A DNA stretch of 28,384 nucleotides from a bacterium. GTDB taxonomy: Bacteria; Hinthialibacterota; Hinthialibacteria; Hinthialibacterales; Hinthialibacteraceae. The stretch covers positions 1 through 28,384 of the forward strand of contig JBHGBC010000072.1 of assembly GCA_041946805.1 (NCBI GenBank). Reading direction: 5' to 3'. Of this stretch, positions 19,603-28,384 are shown piece by piece. Every line of letters begins with the position of its first letter. Position 1 is the first letter of the stretch. The notes under the pieces were generated by a model that was not told the DNA's origin, ran no database searches, and saw only the letters and a program-made list of their open reading frames with translations. Made by a program: the position numbers and the translations under genes.

Positions 19603-20469
19603 ATGGATTCCGAAAAACGGCTCCCGGCTAAAATTCTCAAGGAAATCAAGGAAATTCCGACGATTCCCGACGTCGTGGTCAAGGTCATGCAACTGACGCG
19701 GGATCCGGAGGCGAGCGCGAAGCAGCTGACGATGGCCATCTCCAACGATCCCGGCCTGACCGGCAACCTTCTGCGTTTATGCAATTCGGCCTATTACGGC
19801 ATTCCGCGCGTGGTCTCCTCGTTGAACCAGGCGGTCATGTATCTGGGATTTCATACCGTCCGCAACCTGGTTCTGACCTGCTCGGTCAGCCGTTTCTTCA
19901 ATCCCGAGAAACAGATCTACGGTTACGTGAAGGGCGGATTATGGTATCACTCGGTCGCCAGCGCCATCGCCTGTGAGCAATTGTGCAAGAAGATCCATTC
20001 CGGCTTGCAGGATACGGCGTTCACGGCCGGCCTGCTCCATGATATCGGGCAACTCATCATGGGGACCGCCATCAAGGACACTGCCGAAACCATCCTCGAT
20101 CTGATGAAAAACGGCGGAATGTCCGAACTGGATGCCGAGCAGGAAGCGGTGGGTTTTTCCCACGTGGAGCTGGGCGCGGCGCTGGCCGATCAATGGAATT
20201 TTCCCGATGCATTGATCCATGCCATCCGCTACCATCATGAACCCGAACAGGCCCCGGGCGAGACCCTGCTCCCCGCCATCGTGCACGTCGCGAACTCCAT
20301 CGTGCTGGATCTGGGTTATGGGGTGGAAGTGGAAGAAATGAAACATCCGGCCAAGCCCGCAGCCTTGCAGTCAATCGGAGTGACCCCGGAGATGAGGGAC
20401 GAATTGAAGGGCCGGATCGAGGAGCTAGTCAGCCAGAACGCCCCCAATTTCCTGGCGATGACCGAATGA
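19603..20469 (+). CDS. Stand-alone HDOD domain protein
   Basis: IPTIP, ISNDPGLTGNLLRLCNSAYYG, SLNQAVMYLG, LWYHS, AFTAGLLHDIG, HVELGAALADQWNFP, AIRYHH. Confidence 0.95.
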   Translation: MDSEKRLPAKILKEIKEIPTIPDVVVKVMQLTRDPEASAKQLTMAISNDPGLTGNLLRLCNSAYYGIPRVVSSLNQAVMYLGFHTVRNLVLTCSVSRFFNPEKQIYGYVKGGLWYHSVASAIACEQLCKKIHSGLQDTAFTAGLLHDIGQLIMGTAIKDTAETILDLMKNGGMSELDAEQEAVGFSHVELGAALADQWNFPDALIHAIRYHHEPEQAPGETLLPAIVHVANSIVLDLGYGVEVEEMKHPAKPAALQSIGVTPEMRDELKGRIEELVSQNAPNFLAMTE

Positions 20470-20491
20470 AACAGAGACCGCATCCAGGATA

Positions 20492-21262
20492 TTATCCCGC
20501 GATACGCAATACCCGCCGGGCGTTGGCCCGCGTCTGTTCCGCGATGGTCTCCACACTGGTTTTCCGCAAGGCCGCCAACCGGCTGACGGTCGCGGGGATC
20601 ATATATGGTTCGCACCGGCGTCCCCGGTACGGTTCGGGAGCAAGGTAGGGCGCGTCGGTTTCCACCAGCAGATTCATATCGGGCGCTTCCGCGGCGAGGA
20701 TCTGCAGGTCCCGGGCGTTCTGGAAGGTCACGATGCCCGAGAACGAAACGCCGTACCCCCGCGCCGCCGCTTTTTCCATCACCTCCCGCGAGGCCGTGAA
20801 GCAGTGCAAGATGGCCGCGGCGGGAGGGCATGTATCCAAGATGCTCAGAAAATCCGCATCCGCGTCCCGCAGATGGATTACCACGGCTTTATTCAGGCGG
20901 TTGGCCAACTCGATCTGCTGGATGAAGTGCTTGATCTGCGTCTCTTTCGGGCCGGCCGGATAATGGTATTCCAGTCCACATTCACCCACCGCCGCCACGC
21001 GGGGATGCCCGGCCAGCCGTTCCAGCTCGTCCAGATATCCCGCCGGGGCGGCCAAAACGTCATGCGGCGACACGCCCGCCGAGGCGTACAATCCAGGCAG
21101 CCGTTCCGCCAACGCAACGGCCCGGCGGCTGCTTTCCAAGTCATAGCCGATCACCACGCCTTCCGCCACGCCGGCGGCCTGGGCTTCGCTCCAGGCGGCG
21201 GCTTCGCGGCCAAGAAAATCGGGATGGTTCAGGTGCAGATGGCTGTCGAACAGTTGCATCAT
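20492..21262 (-). CDS. tatD: TatD family deoxyribonuclease/hydrolase
   Basis: DSHLH, AVGECGLEY, IHLRDA, LHCF, SFSGIVTF, LLVETDAPYLAP. Confidence 0.95.
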   Translation of the reverse strand: MMQLFDSHLHLNHPDFLGREAAAWSEAQAAGVAEGVVIGYDLESSRRAVALAERLPGLYASAGVSPHDVLAAPAGYLDELERLAGHPRVAAVGECGLEYHYPAGPKETQIKHFIQQIELANRLNKAVVIHLRDADADFLSILDTCPPAAAILHCFTASREVMEKAAARGYGVSFSGIVTFQNARDLQILAAEAPDMNLLVETDAPYLAPEPYRGRRCEPYMIPATVSRLAALRKTSVETIAEQTRANARRVLRIAG

Positions 21263-21283
21263 GTTTGGCAGGCGCCAGGCGGC

Positions 21284-22069
21284 TCAAAAGAATCGGTGAT
21301 ACACAAAAGTGACCGGTTCAAAGCCGGTGATCATGTTCACGCCCAGGAGCAGCAGAATCGTATAAATCACGGTGGAAAACACGGTTTCGTTGATTCGTTG
21401 ATTCATCCACACGCCCAGGAGCGTGCCCAGGGGGACGAAGGGCAGGAGGATCAGGCTTTGCTGCATGCTGCCGAGATTGATCATGTGATGATAGAAATAC
21501 GGGATCAGTTTCAACGCGTTCACGAAAGTAAACAGCACCACCGTGGTCCCGACAAACAACCGCCGGCCCAATTGCTGGGGAAACAGGTACATGGTGGCCA
21601 CCGGCCCCGCCGCGTGCGCCAGAGTCGAGGTCACGCCGATCCAGAATCCGAAAAACCACCCATGCCATTTCTCGGGCCGGTACGAGTCCAACTGTTTCAA
21701 AATCCAGGTTTTACCCGCCTGATAGAGCACGAATGCGATGGAAATGACCCCGATGAAAATCTTGAGAAACTCATTGGCCTGGTTTCCCTGGCCGATTTTC
21801 CCCAGGAAAACTCCACAGACCGCGATTCCGATCACGGCCCCCGGCAACAGGAGCATAAGGTTCTTCGCGTCGAACGTGCGGCGGTAATGGAACAGGGCGA
21901 TCACGTCGCACGCGCATAGCAGCGGCAGCATGATGCCCAGCGAGGCTTTCGGATCGTTGGTGGCGATGATGAAAAGGGGCACGGCGGCGATCCCCACGCC
22001 GCTTCCGAATCCTGCCTTGGCGATACCCACCAGTACAACGGCGAGCGGAGCCAGGATGAAATAGGTCAT
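21284..22069 (-). CDS. Sulfite exporter TauE/SafE family membrane protein
   Basis: GIAKAGFGSG, LPLL..CD, STLAHAAGP, FVGT, VNALKLIPY; about eight TM helices. Start taken at MTYF (22069). Confidence 0.9.
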   Translation of the reverse strand: MTYFILAPLAVVLVGIAKAGFGSGVGIAAVPLFIIATNDPKASLGIMLPLLCACDVIALFHYRRTFDAKNLMLLLPGAVIGIAVCGVFLGKIGQGNQANEFLKIFIGVISIAFVLYQAGKTWILKQLDSYRPEKWHGWFFGFWIGVTSTLAHAAGPVATMYLFPQQLGRRLFVGTTVVLFTFVNALKLIPYFYHHMINLGSMQQSLILLPFVPLGTLLGVWMNQRINETVFSTVIYTILLLLGVNMITGFEPVTFVYHRFF

Positions 22070-22301
22070 AAGGGTTCCATTTCCGGAAACGATAGTTGTA
22101 TTGATACCCAAATGCCGGGTAGGAAAGAATCATACTCCCCGATTCGCAGCAGCATACCCCTGAACGTAGCGGAGATAGAGGGTTTGTCTTGTGAGGAGGC
22201 AGAGGCACGTTGCTACGTGCAGAGGTTAACACGCTATCTCTGTTACTCCCCCATTCCCGGCATGCGGGTTGCTTTTCAATGGAAAAGTAACATTTCCAGG
22301 C

Positions 22302-22328
22302 TCAAAGATCGGCAAAAATTGCCGATTG
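22302..22328 (+). promoter_or_regulatory. Possible sigma28 (FliA)-like promoter for flgK
   Basis: TCAA(AG) followed about 15 bp later by GCCGATTG (22321-22328), versus consensus TAAA-N15-GCCGATAA; about 45 bp upstream of the flgK ATG. Confidence 0.4.
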
Positions 22329-22372
22329 CGGCGTTTAATCGGCAAAAAACACTTGCTCACGGATACCACGGC

Positions 22373-25300
22373 ATGGTCTCTTTGTACGGGATTCTCAACA
22401 TCGGATCACGGGGCATCGCCGCCTCCCAGGCCGGCTTGGATACTACCGGCCATAATGTCGCCAATGTCAACACCGAGGGCTATTCCCGCCAGCGGATCGT
22501 CCAGCTAACCGTGGATCCGGTGGTGACGGCCGATGGAGTGTTCGGACAGGGCGTGGAGGTAGTTACCGTGGAACGCATCCGGAACATCCTCCTCGACGCT
22601 CAGGTCCGTGATGCGAAAAGCGACACAAGTTATAACCAGCAGCTGAGTACGATTCTCACCCGGATCGAATCCATCTTCAGCGATCCTCTTAATGCGGTTT
22701 CCAGCACATCGGAAAATTTGTACGCGGGAGGACTAAATGACCTGATCTCCCGCTTTTTCCGCGTGTTTCAGGATCTATCCACTTCGCCGGATTCGCCCGA
22801 GCTGCGGATCGCGGCCATCGAAAGCGCCCAGGCGCTGGCCGAATCGATCGTATCGAAATCCGAACAATTGAACGCGGTCCGGAGCGATTTGAATCAACAA
22901 ATCAGCGGCCTGGTCCAAAAAATCAACCAGGCCACGCAAGAAATAGCCGGCTTGAACCGCTCCATCCAAGGAGTGGAAGGAGGCGAAAACCTAAACGCCA
23001 ACGAACTGCGGGACCGCCGGGATCTCCTGCTCCGCCAAATGGCCGAGATTGTCCCCATCCAGGTGGTGGAAGGCCCGGAAGGAATGGTGAAAGTGTCCAT
23101 CGCCGGCCAGTGGATCGTCGACAACACCAGTTCCAATGCGTTGATCCTCGAGACCTCCCGCACCGAGGATGGGATCGAACTCGCCGGCATCCGCGTGGGC
23201 GGGAAGGGAATCAACCTGATTGACGGCGACGTGCACAAGGGCCAGCTGGGCGCGATCCTGGGGGTCCGTGACCGCATGGTTCCCGAACTCATGAAAGAAA
23301 TGGACATTCTGGCCCGGGGAGTGATCTTCGAGGTCAACCAGCTCCATAGCGCCTCATCCGGTCTGGAGGGCTATGCCTCCATTCAGAGCCAGTTGGATGT
23401 CCCCTCGCGGGCCTGGGAGGCGGACAGCGCACTCACATTGAACCGCCTCTTCAACGGCCCGGCAACCAACGGTTTTCGGGGATCATGGGGCGATCGCCCC
23501 TATCCTGTTCAGGATGGCGAATTTACCATCCGTGTAGCCGATTCCGGCAACCAGACTCTCGACACCTATACCGTCCAAGTCGATACCGATGAAACGCTGT
23601 CCGCTCTGGCATCCCGGATCGACCGCGCTGACGGCGTGGTCAGCACCGTCCAGTCGGCGCTTTCCTTCGATCCGGTTTTCGTGACATCCGCGCAAGGCCG
23701 CAAAGGGGCCGGGATTTCCGAATTATCCGCTCCCCTCTCCTCTCTGGCCGCGGCCGCGGGGACCGCCTTGGCGGCAACGCCGGGTGATTATTCGTTCGAA
23801 ATCCACCTTCTGGACGCGGCGGGAAACCGGGTGGACGCCGATCCTGATACATCCCCAACGGATCCCATCCAGGTGGCCTTCAACAGCGGTATGACCTTGA
23901 GTGAACTGGCGGACCAAATTCAAACGGCGAGCGGCGGCCGTTTGCGCGCGAGCCTGGTTCCCGGTGAGACGGATACCTCTTCCTCCGTCACCGTCCTGCG
24001 GATCGAAACGGTCAAGAAAGGGGAAACCTTTTCGATCCAAAACGACACATCCGGACTGATCGCGGCGTTCGGATTTCCCCTGACCGATCCCACGCTCCCC
24101 CTGGTGGGCGGGACCGCCACGTCCATCGAGTCTGCCTTCAGCGGATCGCCCGATGATTCGTTTCTGGGGACCGGCCATCCCGCTTTCTCGCCCGTGTTCC
24201 CCGGCCCGCCGCCCAGCGTAATCCAGGCCGGGAGTTTCGACCTGGTGGTGTTGGATCATAATCAGATTCCAGTTACCACCACCATCTCCATTTCCGCGGG
24301 GGGAATCGACTCGCTGTCGGATTTACGCACCGCTATCCAGGCCGCCGATCCCAACCTCAGTGTGACGATCACGCCGGACAACCAATTTCAGATCACCGCC
24401 GCCAACGGCCGCTCGTTCTTTTTCCAAAACGATACCACCGGCCTGGTGCAGGCCCTGCAATGGTCTGATATCCACGGGAATGGAAAAGTGGGGGACCAAG
24501 TCTTCCAGGAGGGATCGTTTGAGATCGTCGTCGCCGGCTCCACGGGCCGGATCACGCATATCGTCGAAGTTCCCGTGTCCGCCGATCCCTCGAGCGGGGA
24601 CGGCATGCTGACCCTGAACCGGCTGGTGGAGCAAATCAACCAGTCGGCGGGGAGCGCGGGCGCGCCGGTTAGGGCCAGTTTGGCTCCGGATCCCCGGGAT
24701 CCCGGCCGTTGCCGTTTGCAGGTGGCCGCCACGGGTGGTTATGAGTTCACTTTCCGGAGCGATGATAGCCTGATCTTATCCGCCTTGGGATTCACGCCGG
24801 GTCCGGCGCTGAACGCCACTGGGGACAATCCCATCCTGGGGGCGGAAACCGCCACGAAGGTGGGGGACACTCTCGCCGGCCTGGTGCGCGCCCGGATCCA
24901 GGACGGTCAGATCGAAATTTCCACGGCCGGCCAAGACCAGTTCATGTTTACCGCCGACTCCAGCCATTTTCTGGCGGCGGCGGGCATCAACACACTGTTT
25001 ACCGGGACCAACGCCGGAACCATGGCGGTGAACAGCGGTGTTTTGGAAAATTTCAACCGGCTGGCGGTTTCATCCGATGGATCGAGCGGCAACAACGATA
25101 CCGCCCGCGCCATCGCCGATTTGGAAAACGCCCGCGTGCTGAATGGGAAGACGTTCGGCGAACAGTATCGCGGCCTGGTGGCGGCCGTGGGGAGTGAAGG
25201 AAACCGCGTCAGCCAGCGGATGAGCTCCAGCGAGGAGATTCTGCGCGAATTGGAGTCGCTGCAAGAGCAGGATTCCGGCGTATCCATCGACGAGGAATCG

Positions 25301-25402
25301 ATCAACATCATCCGCTTTCAGCAGGCCTTCCAGGCCTCCGCGAAAATCATCGCCACCGTGGATGAATTGATGGACGTTATCATCAACCGTATCGGCTCGT
25401 GA
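22373..25402 (+). CDS. flgK: Flagellar hook-associated protein 1 (FlgK), enlarged to ~1009 aa
   Basis: N-terminus LNIGSRGIAASQAGLDTTGHNVANVNTEGYSRQR; G.GVEV..VERIR; ANELRDRRD; C-terminus SGVSIDEESINIIRFQQAFQASAKII. Start set at ATG 22373. Confidence 0.97.
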   Translation: MVSLYGILNIGSRGIAASQAGLDTTGHNVANVNTEGYSRQRIVQLTVDPVVTADGVFGQGVEVVTVERIRNILLDAQVRDAKSDTSYNQQLSTILTRIESIFSDPLNAVSSTSENLYAGGLNDLISRFFRVFQDLSTSPDSPELRIAAIESAQALAESIVSKSEQLNAVRSDLNQQISGLVQKINQATQEIAGLNRSIQGVEGGENLNANELRDRRDLLLRQMAEIVPIQVVEGPEGMVKVSIAGQWIVDNTSSNALILETSRTEDGIELAGIRVGGKGINLIDGDVHKGQLGAILGVRDRMVPELMKEMDILARGVIFEVNQLHSASSGLEGYASIQSQLDVPSRAWEADSALTLNRLFNGPATNGFRGSWGDRPYPVQDGEFTIRVADSGNQTLDTYTVQVDTDETLSALASRIDRADGVVSTVQSALSFDPVFVTSAQGRKGAGISELSAPLSSLAAAAGTALAATPGDYSFEIHLLDAAGNRVDADPDTSPTDPIQVAFNSGMTLSELADQIQTASGGRLRASLVPGETDTSSSVTVLRIETVKKGETFSIQNDTSGLIAAFGFPLTDPTLPLVGGTATSIESAFSGSPDDSFLGTGHPAFSPVFPGPPPSVIQAGSFDLVVLDHNQIPVTTTISISAGGIDSLSDLRTAIQAADPNLSVTITPDNQFQITAANGRSFFFQNDTTGLVQALQWSDIHGNGKVGDQVFQEGSFEIVVAGSTGRITHIVEVPVSADPSSGDGMLTLNRLVEQINQSAGSAGAPVRASLAPDPRDPGRCRLQVAATGGYEFTFRSDDSLILSALGFTPGPALNATGDNPILGAETATKVGDTLAGLVRARIQDGQIEISTAGQDQFMFTADSSHFLAAAGINTLFTGTNAGTMAVNSGVLENFNRLAVSSDGSSGNNDTARAIADLENARVLNGKTFGEQYRGLVAAVGSEGNRVSQRMSSSEEILRELESLQEQDSGVSIDEESINIIRFQQAFQASAKIIATVDELMDVIINRIGS

Positions 25403-25472
25403 ATGCAATTCCTACGGGAAAGGCGTGTCAATAAAAAAGCGGTGTGGACATATCCGTCCGATCCTATAAAAA

Positions 25473-25506
25473 CCCTCACCCTAACCCTCTCCCAGAGGGA
25501 GAGGGG
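25473..25506 (+). repeat. REP-like element CCCTCACCCTAACCCTCTCCCAGAGGGAGAGGGG (copy 3), between flgK and flgL
   Basis: 32/33 identical to 7330-7362. Confidence 0.9.
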
Positions 25507-25626
25507 ATTTTGGAGTTGCCTCTCAGTCCCAAGAAAATCAAGAAAATGTGGACGCAATGTTTCCATGGTAGAGACAAGTACGCACTGGCTGATTAACCTG
25601 TAAATTCGCATGAGGAATGTTTCATC

Positions 25627-28353
25627 ATGGTCCGTATCACCCAAAACCTGCTCAGTGACCGCTCGTTATTGTATCTGAACCGAAGCATGGAGCGGCTCAC
25701 CCGCTCGCAGGAAACCGTCAACACCGGCCGGCTCATCAACAAGCCTTCCGATGATCCCGTGGCTTTTCCCCAGAGCCTCTCCCTGCGCTCGGCGATCACC
25801 CAAGGCCGTGGTTATTTGCGCAACATCGAAACCGCCAAAAGCAACCTGGACCTGTCCGAAAGCACTCTCGCGACCCTCACCGATACCCTCCAGACCATCC
25901 GAGCGCTGGCGGTGCAAGGAGGCAACAACGCCGATCCCGCCAACCGGCAGACCCTGGCCGTCCAGGTGAAAGAACTGTACGGCCAAATCCTCGACCTGGC
26001 CAATACCCAGGTGAAGGGCCAGCCCTTGTTCGGGGGGAGCCAAACCCAGGGAACCGCGTTTGTGTCGCAAGGGGATTCGATCCTGTATACCGGCGACGAT
26101 TACCAGCGCGAAGTCGCCATCGGAAAGGGGACCACCGCCGTTTCCAACATCACCGGCGCCCAGGCGTTTCTGCATACGCCCCACTCCATCACCGGATCGC
26201 TGAGCATCGCGGATATCACAGCCCCCCTGGCGGATCAATTGCTCCAGGCCAATCCGAATTTCCCCAACCTGCCGCCTTGGCCGTCCAGTCCCGCCGGTGC
26301 TGTGGCCGTTCCCTCTCCCAACGCCGCCAATTCGCCCATGGCGTCGCCCAACAACTACGCCACGTTTTACATTTATGATCAGGAAATTCACGTGGACCTG
26401 TCCGTGGATTCGCTGGCCGATGTCCGGGACCGGATCAACGCCACGGTCAAGGATGTGACGGCGGAAATCAACAGCCAGAACCAATTGGTCTTGACCTCCA
26501 AGCGTTCCGTGGCCCTCGATCTGCGGGACGGCGTGCGGACCACGGGGTATCCGGCCGATGCCCCTCAGGGTGTCAATCTGCTCGGCGCGCTGGGCCTGCA
26601 CCGGAGTGTGGAGGGCGCGCGCAATCTCGGCTTTGGCTACCCGGCCGGCGATCCGCTTACCGTTGCCTCTACCTCTCCCGCGCCCGCCCGGAGCGTCGTT
26701 CGAGTTCAGAACAATTCATTCTTGTTTGCTTTGGCCAATACCGGGCCGTCCTCCTCCGCCGCGGTTCCCTTTGGCGACAATCTCGCCCTCACCAACGTGG
26801 ACGAAAAAGGAAACGAGGTCCTGCTGGCCGATGGGAGCCCGGAGTTCATCGAGGAACTCGAGGCGGTCCGCGTCACGATCGGGAATGACATGATCGATAT
26901 CGATCTCCGGGTGCTGACCACGGGCCACGAATTCGACGGCGTGGCCGGAAACGGAGACGATATCCCCGGATCGAAACTGGAAGACCTGCTGAACCTGATC
27001 AACAACCATCCCTCGCTGAAGGGCCGGGTGACAGCCTACATCAACGCCAACGGAACCGGCATCGCGCTCAGCGCCACGGAAAGCACGGAGGTTTTCAAGG
27101 TCGAAAACACGCGCCGGCTGTTCGGCCGCGACTTGACCACCCGTATTACGGCCGATCCGGCCACCGGCGAACCGGTGGTCACCCGGACCGCCACCATCAC
27201 CTCGGAAACCAAGCTGGACGACCTCCCCGGCGCGCTGGTGGATTCCACCGCCGGCAGCCAGGGGATCCGGCGTTCGGCGCAAGCGGCCGCCGGCTCCGAA
27301 GCCGATTTGAATTGGGGCTTGTTTACCATATCCAACGGGGAAAGCACGGATACTATCGACCTGCGGGACGCCATCACAGTGGGGGATGTCATTCAGGCGG
27401 TCAATAAGTCATCGGCGGGGGTGGAGGCCCGGATCAACGACGCGGGCACGGGGATCGACATCGTCTCCATCAAACCGGGATCCGGCCCGTTGAGCGTCAC
27501 CGACACGTTCACGGGGACCATTGCCCGCGACCTGGGATGGTTCAGCCCTCCGCCTCCCGCCCGGATCCAGTCCACCGGCGGGCTGTCGGGTGAGAGCACC
27601 CTGAGCGCGGCGTTCCCGGCGGTGACTGACGGCGCGTTCACGATTGAAGTCCGCGATGGGGCGGGCCGGACGCTCGATGCCTACACCATCGAGGTCAAAA
27701 CCACCGACACCGTGAACGATTTGGTACGGAAGATCGACGCGGCCGATGGAAAGGCCGGGCCGGGCGGGAGATTGCTCTCCGCGTCCCTGGAGGACGGCGT
27801 GTTGTCCATCACCAGCCTCTTCGGCGGATACACGCTGTTGATCGATTCGTCCCGGGACACCACCGGAACCTTCGCCTCCCGGATCACCGAACAGTTGAAT
27901 ATCAACCAATACACGGCTGTCACCGAGGACCAGGCGGCGGCTTTGCTGCCCTACGCCAGCCGGCAGAACACGGCCTCCATTCTGGGAATCAATCAGACGG
28001 GAACCGTCAACGAAGTGGAAGAGAAGAACGTCTTTCGTTCCATCAAAAATCTCGAAAACGCCCTGCGGAACGATGACACGGAGGGAATCCTGGAGACCCT
28101 GGACAATCTCGACACCGACCTTGCGGCGGTGCTTCAAACCCGCACCCAGCTGGGGGCGCGGCTCAACCGGCTCGACGCGGTCCAGTCCCGCCTGGAGGAA
28201 GGAGACGATCTGCTGGTGCAGAACCTCTCTCAAAACGAAGACGCCGATCTCGCCGAGGCCATTTTCGAACTGACCCTCTCCGAGACGGCGTTCCAGGCCG
28301 CCCTGCAGGTGACCGCCCGCATTCTGCAACAAAGTTTGCTGGATTTTCTATGA
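25627..28353 (+). CDS. flgL: Flagellar hook-associated protein 3 (FlgL), enlarged to 908 aa
   Basis: MVRITQN...TGRLINKPSDDPV...ILDLANTQVKGQPLFGG...YTGD; C-terminus RTQLGARLNRLD...EDADLAEAI...FQAALQVTARILQQSLLDFL; directly follows flgK. Confidence 0.96.
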   Translation: MVRITQNLLSDRSLLYLNRSMERLTRSQETVNTGRLINKPSDDPVAFPQSLSLRSAITQGRGYLRNIETAKSNLDLSESTLATLTDTLQTIRALAVQGGNNADPANRQTLAVQVKELYGQILDLANTQVKGQPLFGGSQTQGTAFVSQGDSILYTGDDYQREVAIGKGTTAVSNITGAQAFLHTPHSITGSLSIADITAPLADQLLQANPNFPNLPPWPSSPAGAVAVPSPNAANSPMASPNNYATFYIYDQEIHVDLSVDSLADVRDRINATVKDVTAEINSQNQLVLTSKRSVALDLRDGVRTTGYPADAPQGVNLLGALGLHRSVEGARNLGFGYPAGDPLTVASTSPAPARSVVRVQNNSFLFALANTGPSSSAAVPFGDNLALTNVDEKGNEVLLADGSPEFIEELEAVRVTIGNDMIDIDLRVLTTGHEFDGVAGNGDDIPGSKLEDLLNLINNHPSLKGRVTAYINANGTGIALSATESTEVFKVENTRRLFGRDLTTRITADPATGEPVVTRTATITSETKLDDLPGALVDSTAGSQGIRRSAQAAAGSEADLNWGLFTISNGESTDTIDLRDAITVGDVIQAVNKSSAGVEARINDAGTGIDIVSIKPGSGPLSVTDTFTGTIARDLGWFSPPPPARIQSTGGLSGESTLSAAFPAVTDGAFTIEVRDGAGRTLDAYTIEVKTTDTVNDLVRKIDAADGKAGPGGRLLSASLEDGVLSITSLFGGYTLLIDSSRDTTGTFASRITEQLNINQYTAVTEDQAAALLPYASRQNTASILGINQTGTVNEVEEKNVFRSIKNLENALRNDDTEGILETLDNLDTDLAAVLQTRTQLGARLNRLDAVQSRLEEGDDLLVQNLSQNEDADLAEAIFELTLSETAFQAALQVTARILQQSLLDFL

Positions 28354-28366
28354 ATAAGAGGTTCAT

Positions 28367-28384
28367 CCGGTACGCGCGTACCGG
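28367..28384. other. Perfect 18-bp palindrome after flgL (possible terminator or REP; cut by window end)
   Basis: CCGGTACGCGCGTACCGG. Confidence 0.5.

Noticed and set aside
20492..21262. TatD as part of an anti-phage system (e.g. QatABCD)
   Set aside because: No defence-type neighbours; it looks like a housekeeping TatD next to tauE.
22112..22372. 87-aa N-terminal extension of FlgK in the ORF track; similar extensions for eno (9094), nadC (4261), 12133, 19144 and tauE (22111)
   Set aside because: Family homology or the RBS begins at downstream starts, and the extensions cross promoter-like DNA.

Overview
A GC-rich chromosomal segment from a probably diderm, flagellated bacterium; the taxon cannot be fixed from the sequence. 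No phage, transposase, integrase or CRISPR array is visible. Gene order: adenosine deaminase (5'-truncated); a secreted TPR/FG-GAP/ASPIC-UnbV protein; nadC; a GT-C plus GT2 glycosyltransferase pair; eno-ftsB; tRNA-fMet with an HU/IHF gene and asp23; a ~1350-aa secreted protein with Ig-like repeats and a beta-propeller; a membrane HAMP-PAS protein whose kinase core looks degenerate; a second HU/IHF gene; an HDOD protein; tatD; tauE; and very large flgK (~1009 aa) and flgL (908 aa). Main points of interest: (i) FlgK and FlgL share a ~50%-identical accessory module that is contiguous in FlgL but split in FlgK by a ~410-aa insert of three more modules; (ii) a putative pseudo-histidine-kinase lies next to HU and HDOD genes and has three helically phased upstream boxes; (iii) the Ig/propeller surface protein has Ca-binding-like loops; (iv) intergenic mosaics of several REP-like palindrome families flank the GT-C gene. 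All family calls come from motif recognition by eye, not database searches.
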